From IMG/VR virus record IMGVR_UViG_3300032331_000843, positions 1 through 60,494 of that record: a stretch of DNA of 60,494 nucleotides; one strand, 5' to 3'. The position numbers and the translations under genes were made by a program. Below are positions 36,216 through 46,577 of the stretch, piece after piece. This DNA comes from a virus (lineage: Duplodnaviria; Caudoviricetes). The notes below the pieces were generated by a model that was not told the DNA's origin, ran no database searches, and was given only the letters and a program-made list of their open reading frames with translations. Position 1 is the stretch's first letter. Every line of letters starts with the position of its first letter.

Positions 36216-37361
36216 TTAAAGTGTTTCGTAAGCAGATACGTCACCTTCGGCACGTAAATTACCAGAAGAATCTATTGTTAATATAACATTTGCGCCGTTC
36301 CTAATCCGCAATACACCGCCAGACTCTTCAATTGTAAAGTTTGTAGTAACCAATTTAGTGGCGTTAGTTGCATTTGTTGCATTTGTTGCATTTGTTGCAT
36401 TCGTAGCATTAGTAGCGTTAGTAGCGTTAGTTGCGTTATTTGCGTTTGTAACCGCTGTAGATCCAATTGCTGAAACTATCTCTGAGGCTGATGCGGCGCT
36501 AAAGTTGCCTATACCATTGCCATATACAACGCCTGTTAACGTTGCTACGCCAGTGCCGCCTCGAGCAACCGTAAGCGTTCCTGTTGTTCCACCTACAATT
36601 GGTAAAGATGTACAGCTTGTTAGAGTTCCAGAGCTAGGAGTTCCTAAAGCTGGTGTTACTAAAGTTGGTGATGTTGCAAATACCAAAGCACCAGAACCCG
36701 TCTCACCTGTCACTGCCGCCGCTAAATTGGCACTTGTTGGTGTTTCTAAGAATGTTGCCACACCAGTTCCAAGACCTGAAACACCTGTTGTTACTGGTAG
36801 ACCAGTACAGTTAGTCAATGTTCCTGAAGTTGGAGTTCCTAAAACTGGCGTTACCAATGTTGGAGATGTGCTTAATACGTTATTGCCTGATCCTGTTGAT
36901 GTTGTTACGCCCGTACCACCAGAGGTTACTGGAAGTGCAGTACCAAGGGTCAATGATCCAGCATAAGTTGTTACATCAACAACGTTTACGCCGTTGTTAA
37001 ATACAATCATTGACTTGCCAGCAGGAACAGCAACGCCAGTTCCAGTAGCATTTTTAATGGTGATTGTGTCAGCACACCCGTTATTTACGATGTATTGCTT
37101 TTCAATAGCTGGGACAATAAGGTTCTGTGCGCCACCTGATGTACCTGTAAGGTTTAATCTTAAGTTACGAGCTGTTTGAGATCCATTGTTATCAGACAGT
37201 GTAAGCGTAACTGTGCTACTAGCAAAAGTAACGTCTGCGCTACCAGTGATGGCCTCTTCAATTGCAGTGCCAAGGTTAGTGTTAGTTGTATCGCCCCAGG
37301 TGTTTGATTGCTCACCTGTTGTGATTAACTCTATCTTTAGTGCTGAGTATGTACTTGACAT
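36216..37361 (-). CDS. Tail fibre protein
   Basis: [13 protein letters not shown]; GGTG and [13 protein letters not shown] repeats. Confidence 0.8.
   Translation of the reverse strand: [381 protein letters not shown]
36358..36450 (-). repeat. 9-bp coding repeat (Ala-Thr-Asn)n
   Basis: [28 protein letters not shown]. Confidence 0.9.
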
Positions 37362-37370
37362 AATTTATCC

Positions 37371-38270
37371 TTACGCTGCTATCTCTATCCAGTTTGGCGT
37401 CTGAGTATCAGTTACCGCTGTCCATACTGGGGTTTGCCCATCATTAATATCCTGCCAATTTGGATTCTGATTATCTGGAATCTGACTCCAAACTAAAACT
37501 TGTCCAATGATACCCGTTCCTACAACGCCTATCGGATATACATTTCCTTTTGAAACTACTGTAACAGATCCTACCGCACCTGTAGCCTGAAGTCCAGTCA
37601 CATTTACGGTAGCTTTACCTGATACCTGCTCTTCACCAAGAACCGTTGTTCCTGCTACGCCCGTGACGCTGATGTAGTTATTGGTGATTAAACTGATCTG
37701 ACCCAATAATACCGTTCCAGCAACACCAGTAACATTGACTGTGGCACCCGCTGAGACCTGCTCTTCGCCTAAAACAACCGTACCTACGACGCCTGTGACG
37801 TTAACGATAGCCTTAGATTCGATCTGAACCGTGCCTACTTCGCCAGTGGCCTGAACGCCCGTGGTGTCTACATAAGCATCCGCCTGAACTACCTCTTCAC
37901 CAAGTATTGTAGTACCTTCAACCCCTGTGACGGAGATGTTGTTATTTGTTTGGGTTGTGACAGTGCCCGCAGTTACAGTGGCTTCAACACCAGTAGGAGA
38001 AACATTAGCCTTAGCTACTACAGTAACATCGCCAAGTTCCGTAGTGCCAACTACCCCAGTAACGCTGACCAAGGCTTTTGCGTCAATGTCTACAGTGCCT
38101 GTTTGTCCTGTTCCAACTACACCCGTGACCGCAGTGTTTGCCTTTGCAACTACTGTGACATTCCCTATAGCACCCGTAGCCTGAACGCCCGTTACATCAA
38201 CTGAGACGTTGACTACAGACTGCCCTACTGAGGCAAACGGTGCTCCGGCTAAGGGAAAGTCGGCAAACAT
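37371..38270 (-). CDS. Val/Thr/Gly repeat virion protein
   Basis: ~21-aa VTGV..G.VG.V repeats. Confidence 0.75.
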   Translation of the reverse strand: MFADFPLAGAPFASVGQSVVNVSVDVTGVQATGAIGNVTVVAKANTAVTGVVGTGQTGTVDIDAKALVSVTGVVGTTELGDVTVVAKANVSPTGVEATVTAGTVTTQTNNNISVTGVEGTTILGEEVVQADAYVDTTGVQATGEVGTVQIESKAIVNVTGVVGTVVLGEEQVSAGATVNVTGVAGTVLLGQISLITNNYISVTGVAGTTVLGEEQVSGKATVNVTGLQATGAVGSVTVVSKGNVYPIGVVGTGIIGQVLVWSQIPDNQNPNWQDINDGQTPVWTAVTDTQTPNWIEIAA

Positions 38271-41200
38271 TATTTAGCCTTTAAGAGTTCAATTTCTTTC
38301 TTAAGCTCAACAACTTGTTTTGCTAGTTCAATTGCAGCTACAAGCGCGGCGTTACCGTAAGCTAGGGATAAAGTGCCGTCTTCACCTGTTTGTACGGTTT
38401 CAGCTAATAGCTTTTGCATGTCTTGAGCAGACACACCAGCCTGAGTAACTTCCATATCTGTACGGTCATAAATACCAGACTTAATCTGAGCAAGTTTTTC
38501 AACAAAGTTCTCTTGTACAGGTCGCCAGTTTTTCTTTAAGCGTTCATCAGAATAAGCAGTTACGTTAGCAGTTGCTGTAAAGTTTCCTGACGTATCACAT
38601 TGAAGTAATGTACTCCCTGCACTATTTAAAAGATAAAAAACATTAGTCTCGTTATACAACGAAAAAGTTGTTCCATTAGTATCAGCAAAGAATAAACGAG
38701 GAGCAGTACTACTTACTGTAAAACCATTAACTGTATAGCTATTTGCTGTATTTAAAGCATTAGCCGTAGTAGCAGTAGTAGCTAATGTAGCAGTAGCAGC
38801 ATTACCTGTACAAGAACCTGAAGAACCTGTAGTGTTTTGATTAAGTGTTGGTACATCAGCTGCTTGGATTGCAGACATAACAACGTCAGTACCGTTGCCA
38901 CGCAAATACTGCCCGCTTGTGACCGCACCAGCCAAGGCGTCTATAGCAGCTTGGCGAGTTGTTTCACCTGTACCGCCGTTGGCAATAGCTACTGTACCTG
39001 TTACGTTTGTAGCATTACCACTTAAAGATGCTGTAATAGTACCAGCCGCAAAGTTGCCTGATCCATCACGAACAACTACCTTGTTAGCCGTATTGGCAGT
39101 ATCAGCATCTACCGCCCAAGTTGTAGCAGCAGAACCATTAAAGTTTGAGCCAGTTAAATAAGTGCCACGAGTAAGTGTGTTTGTAGTATTAGCTGTTACG
39201 GTAATATCCGCAGAGCCATTAAAGCTTGTGCCGTTGATGTTGCGGGCTGTTTGTAATACCGTAGCAGTAGCCGCGTTTCCTGAACAAGAAGCAGCTGTCG
39301 TAGCATTAGTAGCGTTCGTGGCGTTCGTGACCGCAGTAGTTCCAATGACAGCAACTACTTCTGCCGCAGTAGCAGCAGAGAAAGCAGCAGTACCATTGCC
39401 GTAAGCCAAGCCAGTCAATGTGCTTACGCCTGTACCGCCCTGGCTAACTGAGTTAGTTCCTGAAGTGTGTGTCCCAAAAACTACTTTACCGTAGCTAGGT
39501 GCCACGCCAGCGCCACCAGATAACAGTACGTTACCAGTAACAGCATCAGCTAAACCAGCTAAAGTTCCTGAAGCAGAAGCGTAAACAAGGTCGCCTGTTG
39601 TATAAGAACTTAAACCTGTACCGCCATTAACTACAGGAAGAACTCCTGAAGCAATGTCAGAGGCAGATAATGTTTCCCAAGAGGGAGCCTGAGAAGCTGA
39701 TCCAGTACCAACTTGACGTAGGTATTTTGGTGTAGTTGTTGTGTTTCCTGCTAATTTAGCTAGTGTGTTTGCGGCTGAGCTATAAAGAGTATCGCCAAGT
39801 GTGTATGTATTTAAACCTGTGCCACCGTTTGTAGTACCCAATGAACCAGAAACAGCTGCGGATTGATCAAGAGCAACAGCGTTCCACTCAACCTGAGTAC
39901 CGCCAGCATTAACAGTTAATGATTTATAGCCAACACCGATTGGTAACTTAGACCATGTATTAGTGGCTGAACCGTATAACAAGTCACCCGTAGTTACTGT
40001 ATTGACGCCTGTACCGCCGTTTGTAGCTGCAACTGTACCAGTCAATGAAATGACTTGGCCTGTAACGTTAATCGGAGCTGTGCCTGTATAAGCGGCTGGC
40101 TGAGAGAAAAGTTCAAAATGAAGCGGAGTTGTACCTACCGTTACGGTGCCTACTTGTGAAAAAATCCAAGAAGAACCAATATTTGTACTACCAGAGGTTA
40201 CGTAAACGTAAGCGTTTGTAGATATATTACCAGGGGCATAAGTATTAAAATCTGTTGCGCGCGTTAAAACCCATGGCGCACTACCGCTACCAGCCTCAGT
40301 TACAACATATATACCGTTGTGCTGTGAACTAACCTGATTTTTTATAAGAACACGTATGCCGTTATCTGTTGGCGATACAAGAGTTACGCCGTCTATAACC
40401 AATGCTGCATTTGCGTTTGCTGTGAGTGTTGCTCCAACTCCGCTTGTACCATTGTTATATGTCGGAGAATTAGGTAAGGCGGCAGCTGTAGCATAAACAG
40501 CTGAGTCGTGGACAATAAACCCAGTAGAAACTGCGCTATCAACGTATTGTTTTGTGGCAGCTTGTAAGCCTAAAGTAGGATCCGCATCTAAAAGAACTGT
40601 TGAGCCAAATTCTGCTGCGCCCGTAACATCTAATGCGCCACCAACTGTTAAATCTCCAGTTGTTGTTAAATCTTTGGTTGTTTTGTCAATGCGTAAAGCT
40701 TCGTCAGTAGTGTCAACACCACCAGCAAAAAACACTACATCATCTGTAGCACTACCAATAAGCAAATCACCGCCATCGTTGTATACATAACCTGAATTTG
40801 GGGAAAAAATTGGAAACGCTGCTTCTGTATAGTTTGAGCTACAAATGCCCATGTCAATAAATTTATTGGTACCGTCTCCAAGATTGTTGTAGGCAACAAT
40901 ATCCGTAGAGGCGGCAGCGCCATTATTCAAGTTCTGTACGTATAACTGCGCAAAGCTGTTGACGTTTGCGTACATTTCACCAAGAGCTGCACCAAAAGTT
41001 GTGTAACTTGTAACGCCACTACCTACAACCGTGATTGGGCCGCCGTCAATTAGTACGTTGCCACTTGGCTCTTCGTAAATAGCTTTTTCAGCAGGATATA
41101 CGCAGAAGACTTCTTTCGTGCCAGCTTGTAGATTGACAACACTGCCAGCATTAGATGAAGAAAGAATAGTTGTCCGGCTCAGTGTTGTACCAGAAGACGT

Positions 41201-41383
41201 GTATGTACCAATACCAACTTCCCAATCGCCCGTAGCTGGGTCAGTAATGGCATAGTACGTTGTATTACCATTTCCAATAGCGGCAAATGATTGGTACCCA
41301 GTTGAGGCACCAGCAAGGGTAAGAGTTCCCGTGCCAGTGGTCGTGCTGGTTACTTTAACACGGTCTTTTAATACAAGAGCCAT
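38270..41383 (-). CDS. Long tail fibre with C-terminal intramolecular chaperone (peptidase S74)
   Basis: [18 protein letters not shown]; GGTG repeats; YSDERLKKN. Confidence 0.88.
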   Translation of the reverse strand: [1037 protein letters not shown]

Positions 41384-41398
41384 GTGAGACTCCTAAAT

Positions 41399-41851
41399 TT
41401 AAGCGATACGAATAATGGCGTTTGATGAATCAGCAGCTGGGAAAATGATTGTGAAATCACCTGCCGTAGAAGTCTTATCACCACCGAAGGCTAGTACAGC
41501 AACAGACTTGTCAGCTTGCGTGCTGTTATAAATTAGCGCGCCATTAGCTGTAATCGTTGCGTTTGACCATGTTGTATCTGCAAAGTCCAACCAAGCTGTT
41601 GTGCTTGTTGATGTTGGCGCTTGAGAAACAGTCAAAGTGTTACCACCTGCTGAGTAGTTACCTGTTGAAGGTACTTCGTTAGAGGTAGTGTATGCAGTGG
41701 TTGAAGCATCTAAAGTCGCTGAGCTTGTATACAAAGCAATCTTAAAAGTATCAGCAGCCGTGGTTGCGCGTACTACACCTGTGCCAAAGTTATGTGTTCC
41801 AGTAAGGATTTGCACCTTAAAGGAAGTTGTCATTGCTTGTGAAATCGCCAT
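41399..41851 (-). CDS. Virion structural protein
   Basis: FKIALYTSSA..YSAGG..VAVLAFGGDKTST. Confidence 0.75.
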   Translation of the reverse strand: MAISQAMTTSFKVQILTGTHNFGTGVVRATTAADTFKIALYTSSATLDASTTAYTTSNEVPSTGNYSAGGNTLTVSQAPTSTSTTAWLDFADTTWSNATITANGALIYNSTQADKSVAVLAFGGDKTSTAGDFTIIFPAADSSNAIIRIA

Positions 41852-41861
41852 TTTTGGCTCC

Positions 41862-42149
41862 TTATTCGTTCAAAAGTTTAATTAATTCCGGATGACCAGC
41901 TTGAGTCAATCGGTTTGCTAAAGTAGTCCTGTCAGACTGGATTGCTTCTTTCATGTAACGCACCAATACGTGACGGATGTGTTCTCTGAAAGCTTGTGCC
42001 TGGTCTCGAATCACTGGGTGAGTTTCATTACCAATAGAAATAATTTTATCAAGCGCTCTTTCAGCTATCTCTTCAGGAGAAAAGCCACGTCCACTGGTGG
42101 TTTGAATTACCACGCCGCCTTCTAATATTGTGCTTTCTACGCTACTCAT
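41862..42149 (-). CDS. Hypothetical late protein
   Basis: ORF in the late operon. Confidence 0.7.
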   Translation of the reverse strand: MSSVESTILEGGVVIQTTSGRGFSPEEIAERALDKIISIGNETHPVIRDQAQAFREHIRHVLVRYMKEAIQSDRTTLANRLTQAGHPELIKLLNE

Positions 42150-42805
42150 CTAACTTGATCCCTAACTTGACCACTACGGTAAGCATCGCGACGGTTTTTG
42201 CCGTCAGCCAATTGTTTCAATAAAGTCATTGCTTCGTTGTAACGTTTCTCGTAATTAGCAATTACATCTGACTCGGACTTCATGAACGAAGCCGCTTCTA
42301 ATAACGATCCGTACAACAATGCTGACTCAAAATTATCACCCAACCAACTTGTACCAGCGGTAACAATTGATTGTGGGTAGTAAAAGTAATGTAATTCTAC
42401 TGCGTAATTAGCATCAGGAGTAGGGCCTAGAATGAATGTATTCTGGTCAAACTGTGCGTAATACTCGGGTTCGCCATAAAAGGCTGCATCTGTGTCTGGA
42501 AACGCTTCACGGATGAAGTTCACATCTTTATTAAGCAAGAACATGTATTCGTTATTTGCATTAATCACAGCCATGCTAAACGTTGCCAACCAATCTGATG
42601 GACATGCAAGGTATTTATTACCAGAGGTGCAATTGCCTGTTACGTTCTTACGAAGAGCAGGTAACTGTACTGAGTTATAAATACGTTCTTCAGCATTTTC
42701 AACAAAAGTAGCTATCTGGTCAGCAGATGTAAACGATCCAGCCGTAGCTGGAAAGTCATTCTCCGCATAACCTTTAATGGCTGATGTGAGCTGTGTGTAA
42801 TTCAT
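42146..42805 (-). CDS. Head-tail adaptor protein
   Basis: MNYTQL..AEERIY..GPTPD..LLYGSLLEA. Confidence 0.75.
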   Translation of the reverse strand: MNYTQLTSAIKGYAENDFPATAGSFTSADQIATFVENAEERIYNSVQLPALRKNVTGNCTSGNKYLACPSDWLATFSMAVINANNEYMFLLNKDVNFIREAFPDTDAAFYGEPEYYAQFDQNTFILGPTPDANYAVELHYFYYPQSIVTAGTSWLGDNFESALLYGSLLEAASFMKSESDVIANYEKRYNEAMTLLKQLADGKNRRDAYRSGQVRDQVR

Positions 42806-43065
42806 TAAGCCATCGGCCCTCTAGCTTTAGTGCCTTTGGTTGCTGCGCCTGTACCACGAATCTTGATTTCGCCGTTCTTGTTAATAGGCTCGCAGTTACC
42901 TTTGCTATAGCCACCAACAGACATGTTAACTTTATCAATGCCGTTACCAGGTTTAACCACCGCATCTTTAGCGTTATTCATCTTTTTACCATCCATAGTA
43001 TGTGGCTCAGCATATACAGAAGCTGGGCCTACTTCTTTACCGCCTTTTTTCATACTGTAAGCCAT
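42805..43065 (-). CDS. Small basic late protein
   Basis: C-terminal IRGTGAATKGTKARGPMA. Confidence 0.75.
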   Translation of the reverse strand: MAYSMKKGGKEVGPASVYAEPHTMDGKKMNNAKDAVVKPGNGIDKVNMSVGGYSKGNCEPINKNGEIKIRGTGAATKGTKARGPMA

Positions 43066-43067
43066 GA

Positions 43068-43262
43068 TTAACCTCTCTTTTGAGCGGCAACTTTAGCTAA
43101 GCCACGACCCATAGTCTTCATATCAATGTTGCGTTTACCGCCACCTGAAGTTTTTGTGCCTTTGCCTTTTAAAGCTGCTACTGTTGGGCCATCATTGCCC
43201 AAGTTTGTGCCGTCTGTCTTACCTTTTTTTGCAATACCATCAGCTGCTCGTTTGAATCCCAT
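43068..43262 (-). CDS. Small basic late protein
   Basis: ADGIAKKGKT motif. Confidence 0.7.
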   Translation of the reverse strand: MGFKRAADGIAKKGKTDGTNLGNDGPTVAALKGKGTKTSGGGKRNIDMKTMGRGLAKVAAQKRG

Positions 43263-43271
43263 GATTTACTC

Positions 43272-43700
43272 CTAAGAAGTTGTTACTGTGACTATACCGA
43301 CTTGTCCCGCTGCAATCAAGTCATTTGGTGTTAAAGGTGTATCAAATCCTCTAGCACCACCTACAGGATTCCAGCCCCACTGAAATACTCTACTACCACC
43401 TGATGGATCTCCAGTGGCATTAACACTTGGGCCTACAGTATCTGTTAACTGCAAGCCATTTAAACCAGACTGATAATAGCTTACATCAGGGCGCGGCTCT
43501 CGAACAGCTTGCGGGTCATTTACTGGGTATAAACCAAGTGATAACTGCGGCTGATCAGGTTCCCAACACTCTGGGCAAACCTTGATGCTGACTTGCTTTT
43601 GTTTAATTACCAGCTTTCTGAGCTGTTTAAGCTTATAGCGTTGTCCACATCTGTCGCACTCAGCAATTGAAAACTTACCGGATGCAAACTTATTAGGCAT
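43272..43700 (-). CDS. Late protein with CxxC..CxxC (start 43700)
   Basis: ECDRCG..VCPECWEPDQPQ..DPQAVREPRPD. Confidence 0.75.
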   Translation of the reverse strand: MPNKFASGKFSIAECDRCGQRYKLKQLRKLVIKQKQVSIKVCPECWEPDQPQLSLGLYPVNDPQAVREPRPDVSYYQSGLNGLQLTDTVGPSVNATGDPSGGSRVFQWGWNPVGGARGFDTPLTPNDLIAAGQVGIVTVTTS

Positions 43701-44448
43701 AGAAGTTCGCCCTTGGAACAAATCTTACTGGAGCTTTCTCACGGTCTTCGGTAGAAGCCATCGCCCACTGCTCTTCGTAAGACATTTTCAGCATTTCAAT
43801 ACGGCTTGTTGCCTCTGGAATCTTTAGTGACAAGTAATACGCCAATCCAGCAACCATACATGGCAGGAATCTGAATGGGATATCTTGTGTATTAAGACCG
43901 TTACCAGCGTCCTGAATACGTCTTAAACGCCAATAAACGAATGTATAGTACGGTGCAGCCAAGGTTCCTTGATCTGGTGATGGCCAGAGGTTTATCTGTG
44001 GGCTGTCTACGCCTGTTATAGCATCTGTCCCATTTGGCTGTCCACCAGCAGGATATTTAGCTCCAGACTGACGATTGACCCAAATTTGAATAGGACGGCC
44101 TGTAGCAAGTTTATTTGGGATGGTTGAGTAAGTAGACTCACTAATGCGGCTGATGTTAATGTCGGTCTGATTAGTGCCTGTTCCGGTACGAATAACATGG
44201 TCAAGAAGGTCAATAGTATCTACAGGAAGGTCATAAGTAATCTTGTTTTGATAAACAGGGAATGATCCTTGCTCAACTGTCCATAGATTAATTCCACGGT
44301 TAGCCCATTCAATGGTTAACAGGTTCAATGAACGACGCGCTGTACGCATATCGTAGCCTGAACGTAACTCTGTACCGCATCTCTCAAAAGCCTCTTCTAT
44401 GAGGTTATTAAGGTCTAGGTTGAACGAACTTGTTCCGCTTGTTGTCAT
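43693..44448 (-). CDS. Head-tail connector/tail tubular protein
   Basis: IEEAFERCG..RRSLNLL..WANRGINLW; AGLAYY. Confidence 0.75.
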   Translation of the reverse strand: MTTSGTSSFNLDLNNLIEEAFERCGTELRSGYDMRTARRSLNLLTIEWANRGINLWTVEQGSFPVYQNKITYDLPVDTIDLLDHVIRTGTGTNQTDINISRISESTYSTIPNKLATGRPIQIWVNRQSGAKYPAGGQPNGTDAITGVDSPQINLWPSPDQGTLAAPYYTFVYWRLRRIQDAGNGLNTQDIPFRFLPCMVAGLAYYLSLKIPEATSRIEMLKMSYEEQWAMASTEDREKAPVRFVPRANFYA

Positions 44449-44693
44449 TTAGCTGTCCTTGCTGACTTCTTAAATGCTTCGGCTGTAGGGGCGCCTTTAG
44501 TTCCTGGCTTTCTCATTTTCTCACCAGAACCCGCGGCTATGCGTTTTTTCTTCGCATGGATGTTTGAATAGAGACCGGTAACGGCACCACCTTCAGCATA
44601 CTGCGTAAAGTCAGTATCATCACGTCTAGCCTTTTTTTTACCAGAAGGCATCTTAGAAGGGGCTATAGCGCCCATACCTCGACTAGCTCTCAA
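44445..44693 (-). CDS. Small basic late protein
   Basis: YAEGG; GLYSNIHAKKKRIAAGSGEKMRKPG. Confidence 0.75.
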   Translation of the reverse strand: MRASRGMGAIAPSKMPSGKKKARRDDTDFTQYAEGGAVTGLYSNIHAKKKRIAAGSGEKMRKPGTKGAPTAEAFKKSARTAK

Positions 44694-45166
44694 GATACAC
44701 CTCTTCTTAGTTGATTAACAATTCTGCTAACTTGCGGTTGTTTAATATTAAACATTTTAGCTATTTTTGATTGGCTAATATCTTTATTTTTATACAAATT
44801 GCGCACGCTTACAACATCATCTGATGTTAATTTACTCATACCATTTGCCTCACCGTACTTAGAAACAAATTTTGTTCTGTTTTTCTTGACTCTATCAGCG
44901 ACATTATCTGCATTTGTACCAACAAAAAGATGTTTTGGGTTGCAACATTTTGTGTTGTCACATTTATGTAAAACATGTAAATCACTATTTATATCGTCAA
45001 TAAGACCAGACAATAAAGCAGAAACTCTATGCGCAAATTTTGGGCCTTCTTGTTTATTAAAAGAAAACCACCCGTATCCATTCATGAAAGCTGCATTCCA
45101 TTCCCAACAAGAATCATCTTCTTTTTTAGAAACTTTTTGCCAAAATCTTTCATCAAAAGATTTCAT
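44690..45166 (-). CDS. HNH homing endonuclease with C-terminal HTH
   Basis: CWEW..AHR..VLHKCDNTKCCNPKHL..N; SQSKIAKMFNI. Confidence 0.9.
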   Translation of the reverse strand: MKSFDERFWQKVSKKEDDSCWEWNAAFMNGYGWFSFNKQEGPKFAHRVSALLSGLIDDINSDLHVLHKCDNTKCCNPKHLFVGTNADNVADRVKKNRTKFVSKYGEANGMSKLTSDDVVSVRNLYKNKDISQSKIAKMFNIKQPQVSRIVNQLRRGVS

Positions 45167-45420
45167 ACCATCCTACCTTTCGTTTTGCCTTTAGTAGCGC
45201 AGCCATCAGCGCGCTTAGAGGCTGAAGATACTGAACCGCCCTTCGCCATCTTCTTTGGCTCTGGTTTAGGCTCTTTAGATTCTTCACGGCGCTTCTTAGA
45301 CTCTTCACGAGTCTCACCACCAAAAGCTTCGTTTAAAACTTCAGCAGGATTAGCTAGACCTTTTTTGTCTAAATAGTCACTGGCTTTATCGCTTAGGTCT
45401 TTTAGGACTTTCATTAGCAA
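45163..45420 (-). CDS. Small basic late protein
   Basis: MAKGGSV..RADGCATKGKTKGRMV. Confidence 0.75.
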   Translation of the reverse strand: MLMKVLKDLSDKASDYLDKKGLANPAEVLNEAFGGETREESKKRREESKEPKPEPKKMAKGGSVSSASKRADGCATKGKTKGRMV

Positions 45421-45911
45421 CTCCCGCCTTTTTTCATCTTAATCATAGATGTTTTAGTTTTACCACGGATTGCGCAACCGTCAATAGAGCCACCTTTAGC
45501 CATGCCGTGCATGCGCTTTTCGTGACCTTTAACTTCTTTTTTAGCTATAGTTTTGCACTCAGCCATACCACCTTTTTTCATGCCCTTAGCTTCAGCCATC
45601 TCATGCTTAATCATAGATTTAGGAGCGCCAGCTTTCTTCATGAAACCGATTTCTTTTTTAACCATTGCTTTAGACTCTTTCACATCGCCGCCTTTTTTCA
45701 TCATAGCTTGACGTGATGGTTTGCCAGTTAGGGCTTGTCTTGCATCCGCAAATTTTTTAATGACATCTTGAGACAAAGGTTGTCCACCACCTCGTGTTAA
45801 AGCTGGTTGTCTTGGGTTTGCTTGAATTTGTGTGGCAGCTTTATCAGCAGCTGCACGAACTGCGTTTGACATACCACCAAATGCTAATTTTTTAACTTTC
45901 TTAGTTGCCAT
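45414..45911 (-). CDS. Small basic late protein with repeated MKKGG/MAKGG
   Basis: Five xxxGG motifs; DGCAIRGKTK. Confidence 0.75.
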   Translation of the reverse strand: MATKKVKKLAFGGMSNAVRAAADKAATQIQANPRQPALTRGGGQPLSQDVIKKFADARQALTGKPSRQAMMKKGGDVKESKAMVKKEIGFMKKAGAPKSMIKHEMAEAKGMKKGGMAECKTIAKKEVKGHEKRMHGMAKGGSIDGCAIRGKTKTSMIKMKKGGSC

Positions 45912-45913
45912 GA

Positions 45914-46342
45914 TTACACCATCCTTCCGCGTGTTTTACCTTTGGTTGCGCATCCGTCCCCGCGACGAGATGCTGAAGATTTTACTGATCCACCAGCTTT
46001 GTAAGCCTTAACTTTACCGCCGCGCTTTAGTCCTAAACCAAAGTTTGTTGGAGCTGTTGCTGATGTTGTGTTTGTGTCTTCCTGACCTGGAGTTGACACA
46101 ATGTTAACCGTTGGAACTTCTGGTGTTTGTTGGTTAACTGGGCTAGACATGCGAACATCTCCTATTGGAGGTTGCTGGTCAAAACCACCTGTAATGCCAC
46201 CTTCGGCAAAACGTTTAGCTTTTTTATCTGCTTTCATGAAATCCTCTCCCACTGATTGTGGTACTTTAACTTGTTTGGCGAACTTTGGCGAGTGTGCCAC
46301 AGCGCGCATGAAATCTGCTTGTTTTTTACTAGTTGATGGCAC
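45914..46342 (-). CDS. Small basic late protein
   Basis: FAEGG, YKAGG..GDGCATKGKTRGRMV. Confidence 0.75.
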   Translation of the reverse strand: MPSTSKKQADFMRAVAHSPKFAKQVKVPQSVGEDFMKADKKAKRFAEGGITGGFDQQPPIGDVRMSSPVNQQTPEVPTVNIVSTPGQEDTNTTSATAPTNFGLGLKRGGKVKAYKAGGSVKSSASRRGDGCATKGKTRGRMV

Positions 46343-46577
46343 TTCGTTGATCCCTTATAAAGTCGTCTAACTTAGCTTCCATACGGTCTATTCTATCTAG
46401 AACTCGATTGATATCGTTATGTACATCAGCTTTGGTAACATATTCCTTGGCAATTTCTTCACGGGTTCTGTTTAACAGAATCTGAATACGACTAAGCTCA
46501 GCTGATTTTTCTTTTAAAAAGAAAGCCAGCATACCAACTAAAGTCGTAAGGACTAAGTTCCATAACATCATTTCCAT
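46329..46577 (-). CDS. TM plus coiled-coil protein
   Basis: N-terminal TM; TREEIAKEYVTK. Confidence 0.7.
   Translation of the reverse strand: MEMMLWNLVLTTLVGMLAFFLKEKSAELSRIQILLNRTREEIAKEYVTKADVHNDINRVLDRIDRMEAKLDDFIRDQRSAIN

Noticed and set aside
35075-41383. Diversity-generating retroelement or invertible tail-fibre switch
   Set aside because: No reverse transcriptase, TR/VR pair or invertase seen; the repeats are ordinary fibre repeats.
44690-45166. Group I intron around the HNH or GIY-YIG genes
   Set aside because: Flanking genes are intact and overlap the endonuclease ORFs, leaving no room for intron core sequence.
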